The notes under the pieces are model-generated. The model saw nothing but the letters and a program-made list of their open reading frames with translations, was not told where the DNA came from and made no database searches. Shown one piece after another: positions 1 through 9,588 of a stretch of 64,000 nucleotides of DNA. How positions within the stretch are numbered: the first letter of the stretch is position 1; the number at the start of each line of letters is the position of its first letter. Made by a program: the position numbers and the translations under genes. Source of the stretch: a virus (lineage: Duplodnaviria; Caudoviricetes); IMG/VR virus record IMGVR_UViG_2634166429_000001, positions 29,136 to 93,135 of that record; one strand, written 5' to 3'.

Positions 1-402
1 CTCGTCGTGGTTGGGGGCGGTCGGGGTGGGCTGGTAGGTGGTGTTGGCGGGGCGGGTGAGGACGTAGCCCATGCGGTGGACCGTGTAGCTGAGGATGCCC
101 GACAGCGCGAATTCGCGTGCGGCCGTCATGCCCTGGGTGTCCTCGCCGGCGGCGGCCTTCTGGTCGATCTCGGCGGCGCGCAGGCGGCACATGGCGAGGA
201 TGTAGATGTCGCCGCCGGTAACCTCGCCGGTCTTGGAGATCTTTACGGCGCTGGTGCGGAGATCGCTGATCTCAATCGTCCGTACCTTGGGCTCGGCCTC
301 GCCGGGCTTGAGGTAGGTGATGGTGACGGCGTGCTGGCGGTCCAGGGCCCGATACAGGTCGGCGAGGGTCTTGGTGCGGCTCTGGTTCCGGGTGAGCTTC
401 AT
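1..402 (-). CDS. Stand-alone WYL-domain-like protein (runs off the window start)
   Basis: Manual translation MKLTRNQSRTKTLADLYRALDRQHAVTITYLKPGEAEPKVRTIEI...IYILAMCRLR...AREFALSGILSY; follows the WYL pattern (V-x-I-x-Y, R-x-I-E, Y-L-x-A-x-C, R-x-F-x-L); RBS GAGGGG; absent from the ORF track. Confidence 0.7.
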   Translation of the reverse strand, partial: MKLTRNQSRTKTLADLYRALDRQHAVTITYLKPGEAEPKVRTIEISDLRTSAVKISKTGEVTGGDIYILAMCRLRAAEIDQKAAAGEDTQGMTAAREFALSGILSYTVHRMGYVLTRPANTTYQPTPTAPNHDE

Positions 403-433
403 GGTGGTGTCCCCTCGCTGTGGTGTTGAGAGA

Positions 434-465
434 ACACTATCCATACTCCATTGCGCACGCAAGGG
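434..465 (-). promoter_or_regulatory. Class A promoter/operator copy 1
   Basis: Minus strand CCCTTGCGTGCGCAATGGAGTATGGATAGTGT: TTGCGT-17-TAGTGT with a palindrome over the -35. Confidence 0.75.
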
Positions 466-612
466 GTTTACGCGTACTGTGGTGGCAACGCCCCCCGCAC
501 GCCACCACCATGGCGGGCGCAATCAGATATGGAGGACACTGGGTTGGCTACTGCCCCCACGCACCCGCCGAACCGGTCCACAGGCGGCGGGAGCCCGCCG
601 AAAGGACCGCGC

Positions 613-1158
613 ATGCCGCGCAGCCGCCGACTCGCCCCCGACGTCGTCCGCGCCCGCCTCACCGTCCTCGCAGACCGCCTCCACGCCACCGGCGCACAGG
701 ACAAGGACCTTGCCGAAGCCGTCGACGCGATCCTCGCCCCCCGCGGCTGGGAACTCCTGCGCAAGCCGGAGAAGGCCACCGCAGCCGACCGCAACATGGC
801 CATCTCCATGAACAAGGCCGTCAAGGACGCCATCTACGCCTCCGCGGAGGCGGCCGGCGAGAACCTGGCCCGGGTGGTGGAGGAGGGCTGGCGGCAGTTC
901 ATCGTCGGCGAGTTCGTGCCCGCGAAGCCGCTGCGCTCCGTGCGCGGGTCGGAGACGGTGAAGGAGAACCTGAACATCCGCCCGTCGGACGAGCTTCGCG
1001 AGCAGGTCCAGGCGCTGTGCCCGGACCGGTCGAAGGAGCTGGGCTGGAACGTGACGCCGGGCCTGGTGGCCGCGTCGTGGCTGTACGAGGAGTACGGCAT
1101 CACCGATGACGACCAGCGCGGCGTGACCGCCCCGGGCGACAGCACCGTCCCCGAGTAG
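613..1158 (+). CDS. Putative tandem ribbon-helix-helix DNA-binding protein
   Basis: Two RHH-like units (NMAISMNKAVKDAIYASAEAAGENLARVVEEGW; NLNIRPSDELREQVQAL...TPGLVAASWLYE); RBS AAAGGA. Confidence 0.55.
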   Translation: MPRSRRLAPDVVRARLTVLADRLHATGAQDKDLAEAVDAILAPRGWELLRKPEKATAADRNMAISMNKAVKDAIYASAEAAGENLARVVEEGWRQFIVGEFVPAKPLRSVRGSETVKENLNIRPSDELREQVQALCPDRSKELGWNVTPGLVAASWLYEEYGITDDDQRGVTAPGDSTVPE

Positions 1159-1240
1159 CCCCCGGCGGGCGGGGCGGGCCTGGACGCCGACAACCAGGCC
1201 GGCCCCGCCCCCGATCGCACAACCCCATAGGAGACCTCAC

Positions 1241-2176
1241 GTGGCATCCGCCATCGAGGCCCCCGCCACCATCCAGGCGGAGGGCCCCACCCAGCACACC
1301 CAAAACCAGGCTCTGGAAGAGCTGGTGACCCGCCTGGAACGCCTCCTGGAGAAGGAGGCCACCACATCGGGCACGTACGGATACACGCGGGCCGAGCAGT
1401 TGGAGGCCCTGCACAAACTGCGCGAGCCGTTCCCGACCAGCGAGATCCGGCACCGGCCGCAGCCCTGGTGCAAGCGGTGCTCGGAGACGCAGGGCTGGCC
1501 GAAGGTCTGTGGCGACCACCGGCTGGTGAAGTGCCCGAACTGCAACGGCCAGAAGATCACGGACGCGCACATCTGCCTGAAGTTCATCGGGCACGCGGAG
1601 GCCACGAACCGGCTGCTGAACGTAGACCCGTTCTGGGGCTGGGAGCCGATGGCGCTGGACCAGGCGGGTCTTCCCCAGTACGACGGGAACCGCGGCATGT
1701 GGATCCGGATGACGGTGTGCGGGATGACCCGGATCGGCTACGGCGACGCGACCGGGAAGAACGGCGCGAACGCCGTCAAGGAGATCATCGGCGACGCGAT
1801 CCGCAACGCTGGCATGCGGTTCGGAATGGCGCTCGACCTGTGGACTTCCTCCGAACTGGAGATCATTGAGTCCGGCGGTGCGTCGCTGGAAGACGAAGGG
1901 AAGGCTCCGGGGCAGCAGCCGGGGGCTTCTCAGAATCCGCCCGCTGCCGCTGATCAGAGCGCCGACGTGGACGCCTTCCAGAAGCGGGTCAGCAACGGCT
2001 GGAACCACTTGGGCGCGACCGAGATGGCGCTGGCCGAGGCGGAGAAGAAGGGCATCAACCCCGTCGTTCCGTTCGAGGGGGACCACCTGCACATCCAGGA
2101 CGTGCTGAAGATCCGCATCAAGGCACTGAAGGAGAAGGCCGCGCAGGGCGGCGCCACGGAGAGGACGGCGGCCTGA
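1241..2176 (+). CDS. Rad52/Sak-family single-strand annealing protein with Cys-rich insert
   Basis: FIGHAEATNRLL, WIRMTVCGMTRIGYGD, KEIIGDAIRNAGMRFGMALDLW; CKRC/CPNC insert. Confidence 0.75.
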   Translation: MASAIEAPATIQAEGPTQHTQNQALEELVTRLERLLEKEATTSGTYGYTRAEQLEALHKLREPFPTSEIRHRPQPWCKRCSETQGWPKVCGDHRLVKCPNCNGQKITDAHICLKFIGHAEATNRLLNVDPFWGWEPMALDQAGLPQYDGNRGMWIRMTVCGMTRIGYGDATGKNGANAVKEIIGDAIRNAGMRFGMALDLWTSSELEIIESGGASLEDEGKAPGQQPGASQNPPAAADQSADVDAFQKRVSNGWNHLGATEMALAEAEKKGINPVVPFEGDHLHIQDVLKIRIKALKEKAAQGGATERTAA

Positions 2177-3981
2177 TGTACCGCAACGACGACAACGCGC
2201 TGACCGTCATGGACTGGTTCTGCGGGGCCGGTGGTAGCTCGCAGGGCATGCACTCCATTCCGGGTGTCCGGATGGAGCGGGCCGCGAACCACTGGGAGCG
2301 GGCGATCGAGTCGCACGCCGCGAACTTTCCCACCGTCGACCACTACCGCGGCGACATCCGCGAGGCGCCGGTGGAGAAGTGGCCGGTCACCGACATTTTC
2401 TGGGCATCGCCGGAGTGCCCACAGTGGTCCAACGCCCGCGGCAAGAAGCGCGACTTCGACGCCTCCCTCCAGGGCGACCTCTTCGACGGCTTCGGACCGT
2501 CCGAGGAAGTCGAACGCTCGCGCGCGCTGATGGAGGAGGTGCCGCTCTACCTCCGCGGAGTCCAGCAGCGGGGCGGCCTTGTGAAGGCCGGCGTGGTTGA
2601 GAACGTCGTCGACGTCCGCGCCTGGGACCAGTGGGACCGGTGGGTCGGTGAGCTCCACAAACTCGGCTACAAGACCCGGGTCATAGACCTGAACTCGATG
2701 CACGCCGATCCGCGCACCGTGCACAAGGCGCCGCAGAGCAGGGACCGCCTGTACGTCGCCTACTGGCACGCCTCCCTGGGCCGGACCCCGGACTGGGACA
2801 AGTGGCTGCGGCCGCGCGCCTGGTGCTCGGGCTGCGATGCCTGGGTGCAGGCCGTGCAGCGCTTCAAGCAGCCCGGACGCGACATGGGCCGCTACCGGCA
2901 GCAGTACGTCTACCGCTGCCCGAACGTGGCCTGCCGCAACCAGGTCGTCGAACCGGAGACCCTGCCCGCCGCCGTCGCCATCGACTGGACCCTGCCCGGA
3001 CAGCGCATCGGTGACCGCACCAAGCCGCTCGCCGACAAGACGCTGGCGCGGATCCAGGCCGGCCTCGACAAGTTTGCCCGGCCCATCACCCTCGAAGCTG
3101 CGGGCAACACCTTCGAACGGCGCCCCGGCGTCCGCACCTGGCCCGTCGACGCACCCCTCACCACCCAGACGACCACACCCACCAAGGCCGTCGCCTACGA
3201 GCCGTTCATGGTCCCGGCGGGAGGTACCTGGCGCAACGACCCGTCCAGCGTGCTGGACCCGATGGCCTGCCGGACCACCCGCGAGAACGACGGCCTCGCC
3301 ATCCCGCCCCTGCTGATCCCCGTGGAGGGCCGCGATGGGAAGGAGCCCGCGTCCGCGAACAACCCGCTGCGCACCCAGACCGCCCGGAACGAGACCGGCC
3401 TGGCCTGGCTGCCGTTCATGGTCACCATGCGCGGCGGCGGCGACCAGCTCCGCGGGCGCTCCATCGGCGAGCCTGTCGGTACCGTGTCTGCGAACGGCAA
3501 CCACCACGGCCTGGTCACTCCGAACCTGCCTGCGTTCGTGATGCGCAACAACGGCAGTACCGGTGACGGAGGCGAGCACTGCACCACCGCGGCCGAGTAC
3601 TTCCGCACCATGACCACGGCCGGCCATCAGTCCCTCGTCTCCTGGGAACACCTCCTCGTCCCCTACTACGGCAACGGCACGGCGAAGACCGTCCGTGAGC
3701 CGGTCGGCACCCTGTCCACCCGCGACCGGTACGCCCTCGTCCAGGGCGACGTCGACATCGACGACGTGCTCTTCCGGATGCTGGAGCCGCACGAGATCGG
3801 CCGGGCAATGTCCTTCGCCGACCAGTACATCGTCCTGGGCTCCAAGCGCGAGCGGGTCCGGCAGTACGGCAACGCAGTGACCCCGAACTGTGCAGAGGTC
3901 ATCGTGTGCGCGCTGGTGGAGTCCATCACCGGCGAGGACATCGACCGTCACGCGGAAGCATCGTTCGCTGCCGCTGCCTGA
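2176..3981 (+). CDS. DNA cytosine-5 methyltransferase
   Basis: Motif I DWFCGAGG, IV SPEC, VI VENV, VIII QSRDR, X YGNAV. Confidence 0.9.
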   Translation: MYRNDDNALTVMDWFCGAGGSSQGMHSIPGVRMERAANHWERAIESHAANFPTVDHYRGDIREAPVEKWPVTDIFWASPECPQWSNARGKKRDFDASLQGDLFDGFGPSEEVERSRALMEEVPLYLRGVQQRGGLVKAGVVENVVDVRAWDQWDRWVGELHKLGYKTRVIDLNSMHADPRTVHKAPQSRDRLYVAYWHASLGRTPDWDKWLRPRAWCSGCDAWVQAVQRFKQPGRDMGRYRQQYVYRCPNVACRNQVVEPETLPAAVAIDWTLPGQRIGDRTKPLADKTLARIQAGLDKFARPITLEAAGNTFERRPGVRTWPVDAPLTTQTTTPTKAVAYEPFMVPAGGTWRNDPSSVLDPMACRTTRENDGLAIPPLLIPVEGRDGKEPASANNPLRTQTARNETGLAWLPFMVTMRGGGDQLRGRSIGEPVGTVSANGNHHGLVTPNLPAFVMRNNGSTGDGGEHCTTAAEYFRTMTTAGHQSLVSWEHLLVPYYGNGTAKTVREPVGTLSTRDRYALVQGDVDIDDVLFRMLEPHEIGRAMSFADQYIVLGSKRERVRQYGNAVTPNCAEVIVCALVESITGEDIDRHAEASFAAAA

Positions 3982-4058
3982 ACCACCCCGGCCCGCCACC
4001 GTGCGGGCCGGACCCCTTTCCTCACCTTCACCCGGTCGTCGCCGAACGGAGTTCCGTC

Positions 4059-4409
4059 ATGCCCACATCCCTGCCCGACTGGACTACCTCGATGGCCGTC
4101 GTCCTGCTCTTCGGCGGGTCGGCGTTGTACACGGCCGTGGACTGGTGGTGGGGGCGGTGGCTGCGGCGCCGTCACGGCCTGCTGTCGCCGCGCCGCCCGA
4201 AGGCCTACCGGGACGTGGTGCGGGAGGCGCAGGAACGGCAGGCCCGGTTGGAGGGCTTGGGCCGGTCGGTGAACGAGGTCCTGGACCCGGCCGCCGACCA
4301 GATGGCCCGCCTGTACGACCCCACCACGCTGACTGAGCCTCCGGTGGATCCGTGGGGTGAAGCCCTCCTCGAGGACGTCGCCCGCCGGCACACCCTGCAC
4401 CACCGCTGA
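4059..4409 (+). CDS. Small membrane protein
   Basis: N-terminal hydrophobic helix; GC3-biased frame. Confidence 0.6.
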   Translation: MPTSLPDWTTSMAVVLLFGGSALYTAVDWWWGRWLRRRHGLLSPRRPKAYRDVVREAQERQARLEGLGRSVNEVLDPAADQMARLYDPTTLTEPPVDPWGEALLEDVARRHTLHHR

Positions 4410-4469
4410 ACCGCAATCCCCCGTCCTGCCCGCATGCGTCTGGCACACCCCTGGTTGGAGGTGAGCGTC

Positions 4470-4739
4470 GTGCCAGCACCCCCCATCCGCTACCTGGCCG
4501 CGCTCGCCGCCACCACCGTGGCAGCAGCCGGCCTCTACCACCTGCACCGCCTGCGGCGCGCTCTCGATGCGGAGCGCGCCGCAGGCCGTCTCACCAGCAG
4601 TCTCCACACCCGCGACATGGACGCCTTCACCCACCGCCTGACGCAGGCGGTCCACGCCCACCACGCCGTCACCCAGGCCGACCTGGTCCTCACCGAAGCG
4701 CTCGCCGCACACCACAACCCGGAAGGGGGAACCCGATGA
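4470..4739 (+). CDS. Hypothetical protein
   Basis: RBS GGAGG; overlaps next ATG. Confidence 0.6.
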   Translation: MPAPPIRYLAALAATTVAAAGLYHLHRLRRALDAERAAGRLTSSLHTRDMDAFTHRLTQAVHAHHAVTQADLVLTEALAAHHNPEGGTR

Positions 4740-5593
4740 ACCAGCCGATACGTCTGGACGTCACGACCGCCCACCAAGCCTTCACCGACCACGCTCACTT
4801 CCGCTACCGCGGCTGCGCCCCCGACCCCGACCAGCCCCACCTTGCCGCAGGCGACCACACGGTTCCCGTCACCTCCTGGGAAGCCCCCGACCTGGACGGC
4901 GGCGAAGCACCTGCGGTCCGTACCGCTCGGGAGCAGGCCGCGGTCGAGGTGTGCGTGGGCTGCCCGGTCATGGTGCAGTGCCTGGCCTATGGTGCCTCCC
5001 TCACCCGCGACGGGAAGCTCGCCGAGCCGTACGCGGTCCTGGGTGGAATGACGCCCATGGAACGCCACCGGGCGTTCGTCGCCTACAAGACGGCGTTGCA
5101 GGAGATGCCGCAGCCTGCCCCGGCCCGGCAGTTGCAGACGGATCAGAAGCTGGTCGTGTTGCGGGCGTTGGCCGTCCACACCAGCCCGCAGGCTGTTGCC
5201 GACGCCGCTGGCACTCCTATGCGGACCGCGAACTGGCAGCGGTCCATCCTCGTCGGCAAACTCGGGCTGGCCCGGCCGGCGACGCGGATGCAGCTCCTCA
5301 CGGCGGCCGCCGAACGCGGCCTCCTCGACGGCGTGCAGGTCGTGCCGGACGACGGGAGCGTGCCCGCCGTGCCCCGCCCCCCGCACCGCCCCCGCAAACC
5401 CCGCCGTCCCGCGGGCCGGCTCACTGTGGTGGCGCTGCCCGAACCCGGACCGTACGAACCGGCCCGCGTCCCCAGCCTGCGCCGCAGTCGCTTCACCGAC
5501 ATCGCCGGCCAGCTCGCCTTCGACGACCTCGCCCCCGACGCCACCATCCGCAACCTTCCCACCCGCGCCCGCGTCCTGGAGGCCGCAGCATGA
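4736..5593 (+). CDS. WhiB-like Fe-S transcription factor with C-terminal HTH
   Basis: RGC...VCVGCPVMVQC...AVLGG, followed by an HTH-like region. Confidence 0.7.
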   Translation: MNQPIRLDVTTAHQAFTDHAHFRYRGCAPDPDQPHLAAGDHTVPVTSWEAPDLDGGEAPAVRTAREQAAVEVCVGCPVMVQCLAYGASLTRDGKLAEPYAVLGGMTPMERHRAFVAYKTALQEMPQPAPARQLQTDQKLVVLRALAVHTSPQAVADAAGTPMRTANWQRSILVGKLGLARPATRMQLLTAAAERGLLDGVQVVPDDGSVPAVPRPPHRPRKPRRPAGRLTVVALPEPGPYEPARVPSLRRSRFTDIAGQLAFDDLAPDATIRNLPTRARVLEAAA

Positions 5594-6015
5594 CCGCACC
5601 CGCCCCCGCGGCCCCTACCCTCCACGGCATCAACCCGGCCGTCGACCAAGCCCTCGCCGACACCGCCACGACGAGCGGCGCCTACCTGGCCGGGCTTATA
5701 GCCTGCGCCATGCTCGACACCGCCGGCCGCCCCGACAAACTCCCCGAGTACCTGTTCCCCGACCTGGCCCCGGCCGACGTACGCAGGGTGTGGCAGGCCG
5801 CCCTCGCCGTGGGCCTGCGCGCCGGGCGCCTGTCCAACTCGCCCCGCTTCCACCGCGACACCCTCGCCCGGTTGCAGGCCCTCCTCGCCGACGCCGGCTG
5901 GACGGCCATGGCCCACACCGCCCACCACGCCGCTCGTACCGCAGCCACCGAACCCGAACCCGACCACGAACGCACCCCCACCAGCAGCGACGAAACCCGC
6001 GGCGGACACTGGTGA
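5590..6015 (+). CDS. Hypothetical protein
   Basis: ATGA overlap with upstream gene; codon bias. Confidence 0.65.
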   Translation: MTAPAPAAPTLHGINPAVDQALADTATTSGAYLAGLIACAMLDTAGRPDKLPEYLFPDLAPADVRRVWQAALAVGLRAGRLSNSPRFHRDTLARLQALLADAGWTAMAHTAHHAARTAATEPEPDHERTPTSSDETRGGHW

Positions 6016-6458
6016 CCCGCCCCCGAACCCGGCCAGTCCCCGGACGCGGCCGCGGACGCCCCCTCCTCTTCGACGACACCCAGAAGAAGGCGTACCTCAA
6101 GCACGTCACCGCAGGCCTCACGTTGAACGAGGCCGCGGCCGCCGTCGGCATCGACCGACGCACCGTCAACCACCACACCACCACCGACCCCCGATTCCGC
6201 GAAGCCCGCGACACCGCTAAAGCCGCCGGACGGGCCGCCCGTTGGGACGACAAGCCCCACAACGAATACCGCTACATCCACGGCGGCTGTCGCTGCCCCC
6301 AATGCACCACCGCCGCATCCTCCGCCCGCGCCGCACGACGCGCCGAACCCCCGCCACCCGCCGCCGACACCCCCAGACATGCCCCCACCGTCATCCCGCT
6401 GCCCAACCGCGACATCCGCCCCGACCAGCACCTTCCGCCCCTCGCCGCCGTCTCTTGA
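6012..6458 (+). CDS. HTH plus Cys-motif protein
   Basis: GLTLNEAAAAVGIDRRTV helix-turn-helix; YIHGGCRCPQC. Confidence 0.65.
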   Translation: MTRPRTRPVPGRGRGRPLLFDDTQKKAYLKHVTAGLTLNEAAAAVGIDRRTVNHHTTTDPRFREARDTAKAAGRAARWDDKPHNEYRYIHGGCRCPQCTTAASSARAARRAEPPPPAADTPRHAPTVIPLPNRDIRPDQHLPPLAAVS

Positions 6459-6900
6459 GGCCTCCGGCAGGGGCGTGGGCATGATCAAGTTATTTGGTTC
6501 CCAAATGTGTAGGACAGAACCGCAGGCCCGTACGCCCGTGCGATGACCTGGATATCTGACGACAAGTCTGATCAAAAACGCGCAGCAGGGAATGGAGACA
6601 GATGGTGCGTCCAACGAGTAGGCTGAGCCTCGCGTCAGACATGCAGTCAGTTGCGAGGCTGGTTGGACGACGCAGCCCAAGAAAGTTGGAAGCCCCCGCT
6701 GCCACCTTGGTGGCGGTCCCGGTTTGCGAAGCCGAGACGCGAGGGCTGCCGACACCTCACCGATTCGAAGCGAATGAAGGTGCCGACATGGCAGAGCGTA
6801 CCCGCCCTCCGGGGCTATCAGACAGTGGAACCCCAGCCAGCACCGTGAAGATCACACCGGCGCGCGAGCAGGGTCCTGTCACCACTACCCCCATCGTCGC

Positions 6901-7335
6901 GTGAACGCCGCGGCGCCGCTGGCATCTATCTGCCAGTGCGGCGCAGAAGGCAGCTGTGAGACAGATGGATGGGTCCGCTTCTTCGGGCAAGACATCTGCC
7001 CTTCCTGCTGGCGTAAGCAGAAGGAGGCGGAGGCCGCCAACAGGGAGCGGCACTTCCGCGAGAAGCAGGAAGCCCAAAAGGCGTGGCGTGCCCAGAACGC
7101 CGAGGTGGCGGATTGCGCCAAGTGCAGCAGGAAGAACCTTCGCGTGCGTCTGCCGCGTGACGGTCGCCAGGTTGGCGACGGAACCCTCTACATCACGTAC
7201 TGGCACAAGTCCCCGGAGACAGGCACCGACTGCCGCTCCGAGGTGGACACAGAAAACGTCCGGATCGCCAATCGGGCCGAACGGTCCTGGCGCCGGAAGC
7301 AGACCTCACCCAGTAAGGGAGATCAGGTGACGTAG
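6901..7335 (+). CDS. Cys-rich hypothetical protein
   Basis: CQC, CPSC, CAKC motifs. Confidence 0.5.
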   Translation: MNAAAPLASICQCGAEGSCETDGWVRFFGQDICPSCWRKQKEAEAANRERHFREKQEAQKAWRAQNAEVADCAKCSRKNLRVRLPRDGRQVGDGTLYITYWHKSPETGTDCRSEVDTENVRIANRAERSWRRKQTSPSKGDQVT

Positions 7336-7345
7336 TGACTTCCTG

Positions 7346-7545
7346 AGCGGGAGGTCCTGGGCCCCTTGGCGGGGGCGCTTCCTCTACCGCTGGCCGCTGG
7401 TGTTGGCGCACCGTGCGCGGCCTCGTGCAACGGCTCGGTTTGGCGACCGAGCTAAGGCCCGAACTTCGATCCGGTTTGGCGACCGGCCCGAGATTCGAGC
7501 GACCTACAGGTTCTGGCGAACCCACCGAAGTCCCAACCGGGCCTT
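7346..7545 (+). ncRNA. Multi-hairpin leader with five YTGGCG loops upstream of rep1
   Basis: Stem-closed loops at 7366, 7403, 7440, 7476 (TTGGCG) and 7513 (CTGGCG); outer stem AAGGCCCG/CGGGCCTT. Confidence 0.65.
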
Positions 7546-7591
7546 CGTCGTCCCCCTTGTCAGCAAGGACGGATCCATAGTGCAGCACGGC

Positions 7592-9091
7592 ATGCCCTCT
7601 TGTCAGCTTGGCGACGCCCCGAAGGGCGATTCGCGAGGAATCTCCCCCCGCGCGGGCGACACCCCGTGCCCCCAGCCGTCACACAACACGCACGCCCCCA
7701 ACATCGAAATCGAACCCACGTTCGACTACAGTGCTGGTCAGGCGGGTCGTGGCGGACAGCTCCGGGTGCTCGCAGCCGCCCAATGGCTGCACGCCACGAC
7801 CGGCCGCATCGCCACCTGCCCCCACTCCTGGATGACCGCAGTCCACTGGGTCCACGGCAGCGGCCTCTACACGCCGTCCCGCACCCACGGCCCCAAGTGG
7901 GGACCCACCACCATCGCCATCGCGCAGGAACTCTCCGCGCTGAAGGAGTGCCGGCCCGGCATCGACTACCTCGCCCGCAAGCTGCGCATCTCCGAGCGGA
8001 CCGTCCAGTACCACCTGGGCATGCTCCGTGAGGCCGGACTCCTCGTCTACCGCAGCAAGGGCACCCGCATCCAGGGCATCGGCGGCCGCGCCTCCGTCTT
8101 CGAGCGGATCATCCCCACCGCCTTCGACGACGCCCTCGGCATCCGCACCGTCGGCGAGGGTGCAACGCGCCGCCCCGTCGGAGCCGCCCCCGAGCACCGG
8201 ACCCTCCTCGGGAAGCTCGCGAAAAAGGCCGCCCGGAAGACCCGCCGCCGTCCCTCCCGCACCCGGTCTCAGCGAGGACAGCGTTGCACCCCAATGCAGG
8301 GTGGTACCTCAACTGTTTCTTCTACCGCTCTGACTAGCTTTCCCTCTGAGGCAGAACTCGCAAGCGGGGAAGCCGAGTCACAGCCGAGGAAGTCCAACAA
8401 CCGCGGGCAGATCCTCAACAACCAGCCCCACATCCCCAACCAGCTCCCCAAGAAGCCGAAGAAGCTCAACAAGGTCGGCCGCCGCTACCAGCTCGCCCGC
8501 GAACTCCAGCAGATGGTCCCCTGGCTCAACCGCGCCGCCGTCCCCCGCCTCGCATGGATCGTCCGCCACGTCGCTGACGCCGGATGGACGGCCCTCGAGG
8601 TCCAGGCCGCCGCCGAGCAGCTGCCCGTCTCCGCAGACGACGCCCGACGCCCCTCCGGACTCCTCGCCTACCGACTCGCCTCCTGCCACCTGCTCTACAC
8701 CACCCCCGCCCGCCGCAAGACCCTCCTGGACGCCTGGCGCGAGTCCCGCGTAGCCGAGCAGGCCCGCCACACCGGCTACGACGAACTCACCAGCGGCCCC
8801 ACGAGCCTCGCCGCCCGCCGGGAAATCGATGCCGCGTTCAACGCCATCCGCAACCGGCTCGCTGCCGACAGCCCGCCCCTCGACGACGCCCCCCTGGAGC
8901 TCGAGGACCTGTCCCGCGAAGAAGTCATCACCATGCGCACCGAAGCCTCCCGCGACCCCGGCCTAATCCACTCCGCGATCGTCCTCCTCGGTGAACGGCA
9001 GGCCCGCCGGCTCTACACCAACCAGCTCGTCGACCAGACCCTCGCCCTCGAGGCCATCGCAGCCCGCAACCCCAACGCCCCCGCCTTCTGA
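7592..9091 (+). CDS. Replication initiator-like HTH protein (Rep1)
   Basis: CRPGIDYLARKLRISERTVQYHLGMLREAGLLVY winged HTH; followed by DciA-like and parAB genes; start uncertain. Confidence 0.65.
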   Translation: MPSCQLGDAPKGDSRGISPRAGDTPCPQPSHNTHAPNIEIEPTFDYSAGQAGRGGQLRVLAAAQWLHATTGRIATCPHSWMTAVHWVHGSGLYTPSRTHGPKWGPTTIAIAQELSALKECRPGIDYLARKLRISERTVQYHLGMLREAGLLVYRSKGTRIQGIGGRASVFERIIPTAFDDALGIRTVGEGATRRPVGAAPEHRTLLGKLAKKAARKTRRRPSRTRSQRGQRCTPMQGGTSTVSSTALTSFPSEAELASGEAESQPRKSNNRGQILNNQPHIPNQLPKKPKKLNKVGRRYQLARELQQMVPWLNRAAVPRLAWIVRHVADAGWTALEVQAAAEQLPVSADDARRPSGLLAYRLASCHLLYTTPARRKTLLDAWRESRVAEQARHTGYDELTSGPTSLAARREIDAAFNAIRNRLAADSPPLDDAPLELEDLSREEVITMRTEASRDPGLIHSAIVLLGERQARRLYTNQLVDQTLALEAIAARNPNAPAF

Positions 9092-9100
9092 GGAGACGCC

Positions 9101-9586
9101 ATGCCCACCCCAGACATGCCCAGCGACGTGAAAGCCCTCCGGACCCACCTGCGCATCGCCCGGCAGCACGCCCACACCACCGACGCAGAACGAGCCGAGA
9201 TGGAAGCCCGTCTCCACGAGTCCAAGGCGGAGACCGCCCGGGCCCACGCACGCGCCGCCCGCAGCCACGCCGAAGCCGCCCTCGCCTACGCCGCGCTTGC
9301 CGAGGTACGCCGCCTGTGCAACCTGACCATCGCCGAGTCAGTGCGCACCCCGGCCATCGCGCAGGCCCGCGACACCCTCACGGCCATCGACTCCGTCACC
9401 GAAGGCCAGCCGCTGCCCGACGACGCCGCCTGGCACTCCGTGTGGCTGCACGGCAACTGGCGCCACCTCACCAAGAACATGACCACCCCGGAACGCGAGC
9501 ACGCCGCCGACGCCGTCGCCCGCTACAGCGCCCATGTCGAGCCCGACGAGCCCGCCATCGCCGACCTGCGCTGGTGGAGGGACTGA
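9101..9586 (+). CDS. Hypothetical coiled-coil protein
   Basis: RBS GAGGAG; codon bias. Confidence 0.7.
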   Translation: MPTPDMPSDVKALRTHLRIARQHAHTTDAERAEMEARLHESKAETARAHARAARSHAEAALAYAALAEVRRLCNLTIAESVRTPAIAQARDTLTAIDSVTEGQPLPDDAAWHSVWLHGNWRHLTKNMTTPEREHAADAVARYSAHVEPDEPAIADLRWWRD

Positions 9587-9588
9587 CC

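Noticed and set aside
6726-6732. GCGAAGC mini-hairpin as a primase signal
   Set aside because: A single 7-mer is expected by chance.
8281-8350. Lower-GC patch in rep1 as an origin
   Set aside because: No clear iterons; too weak to call.
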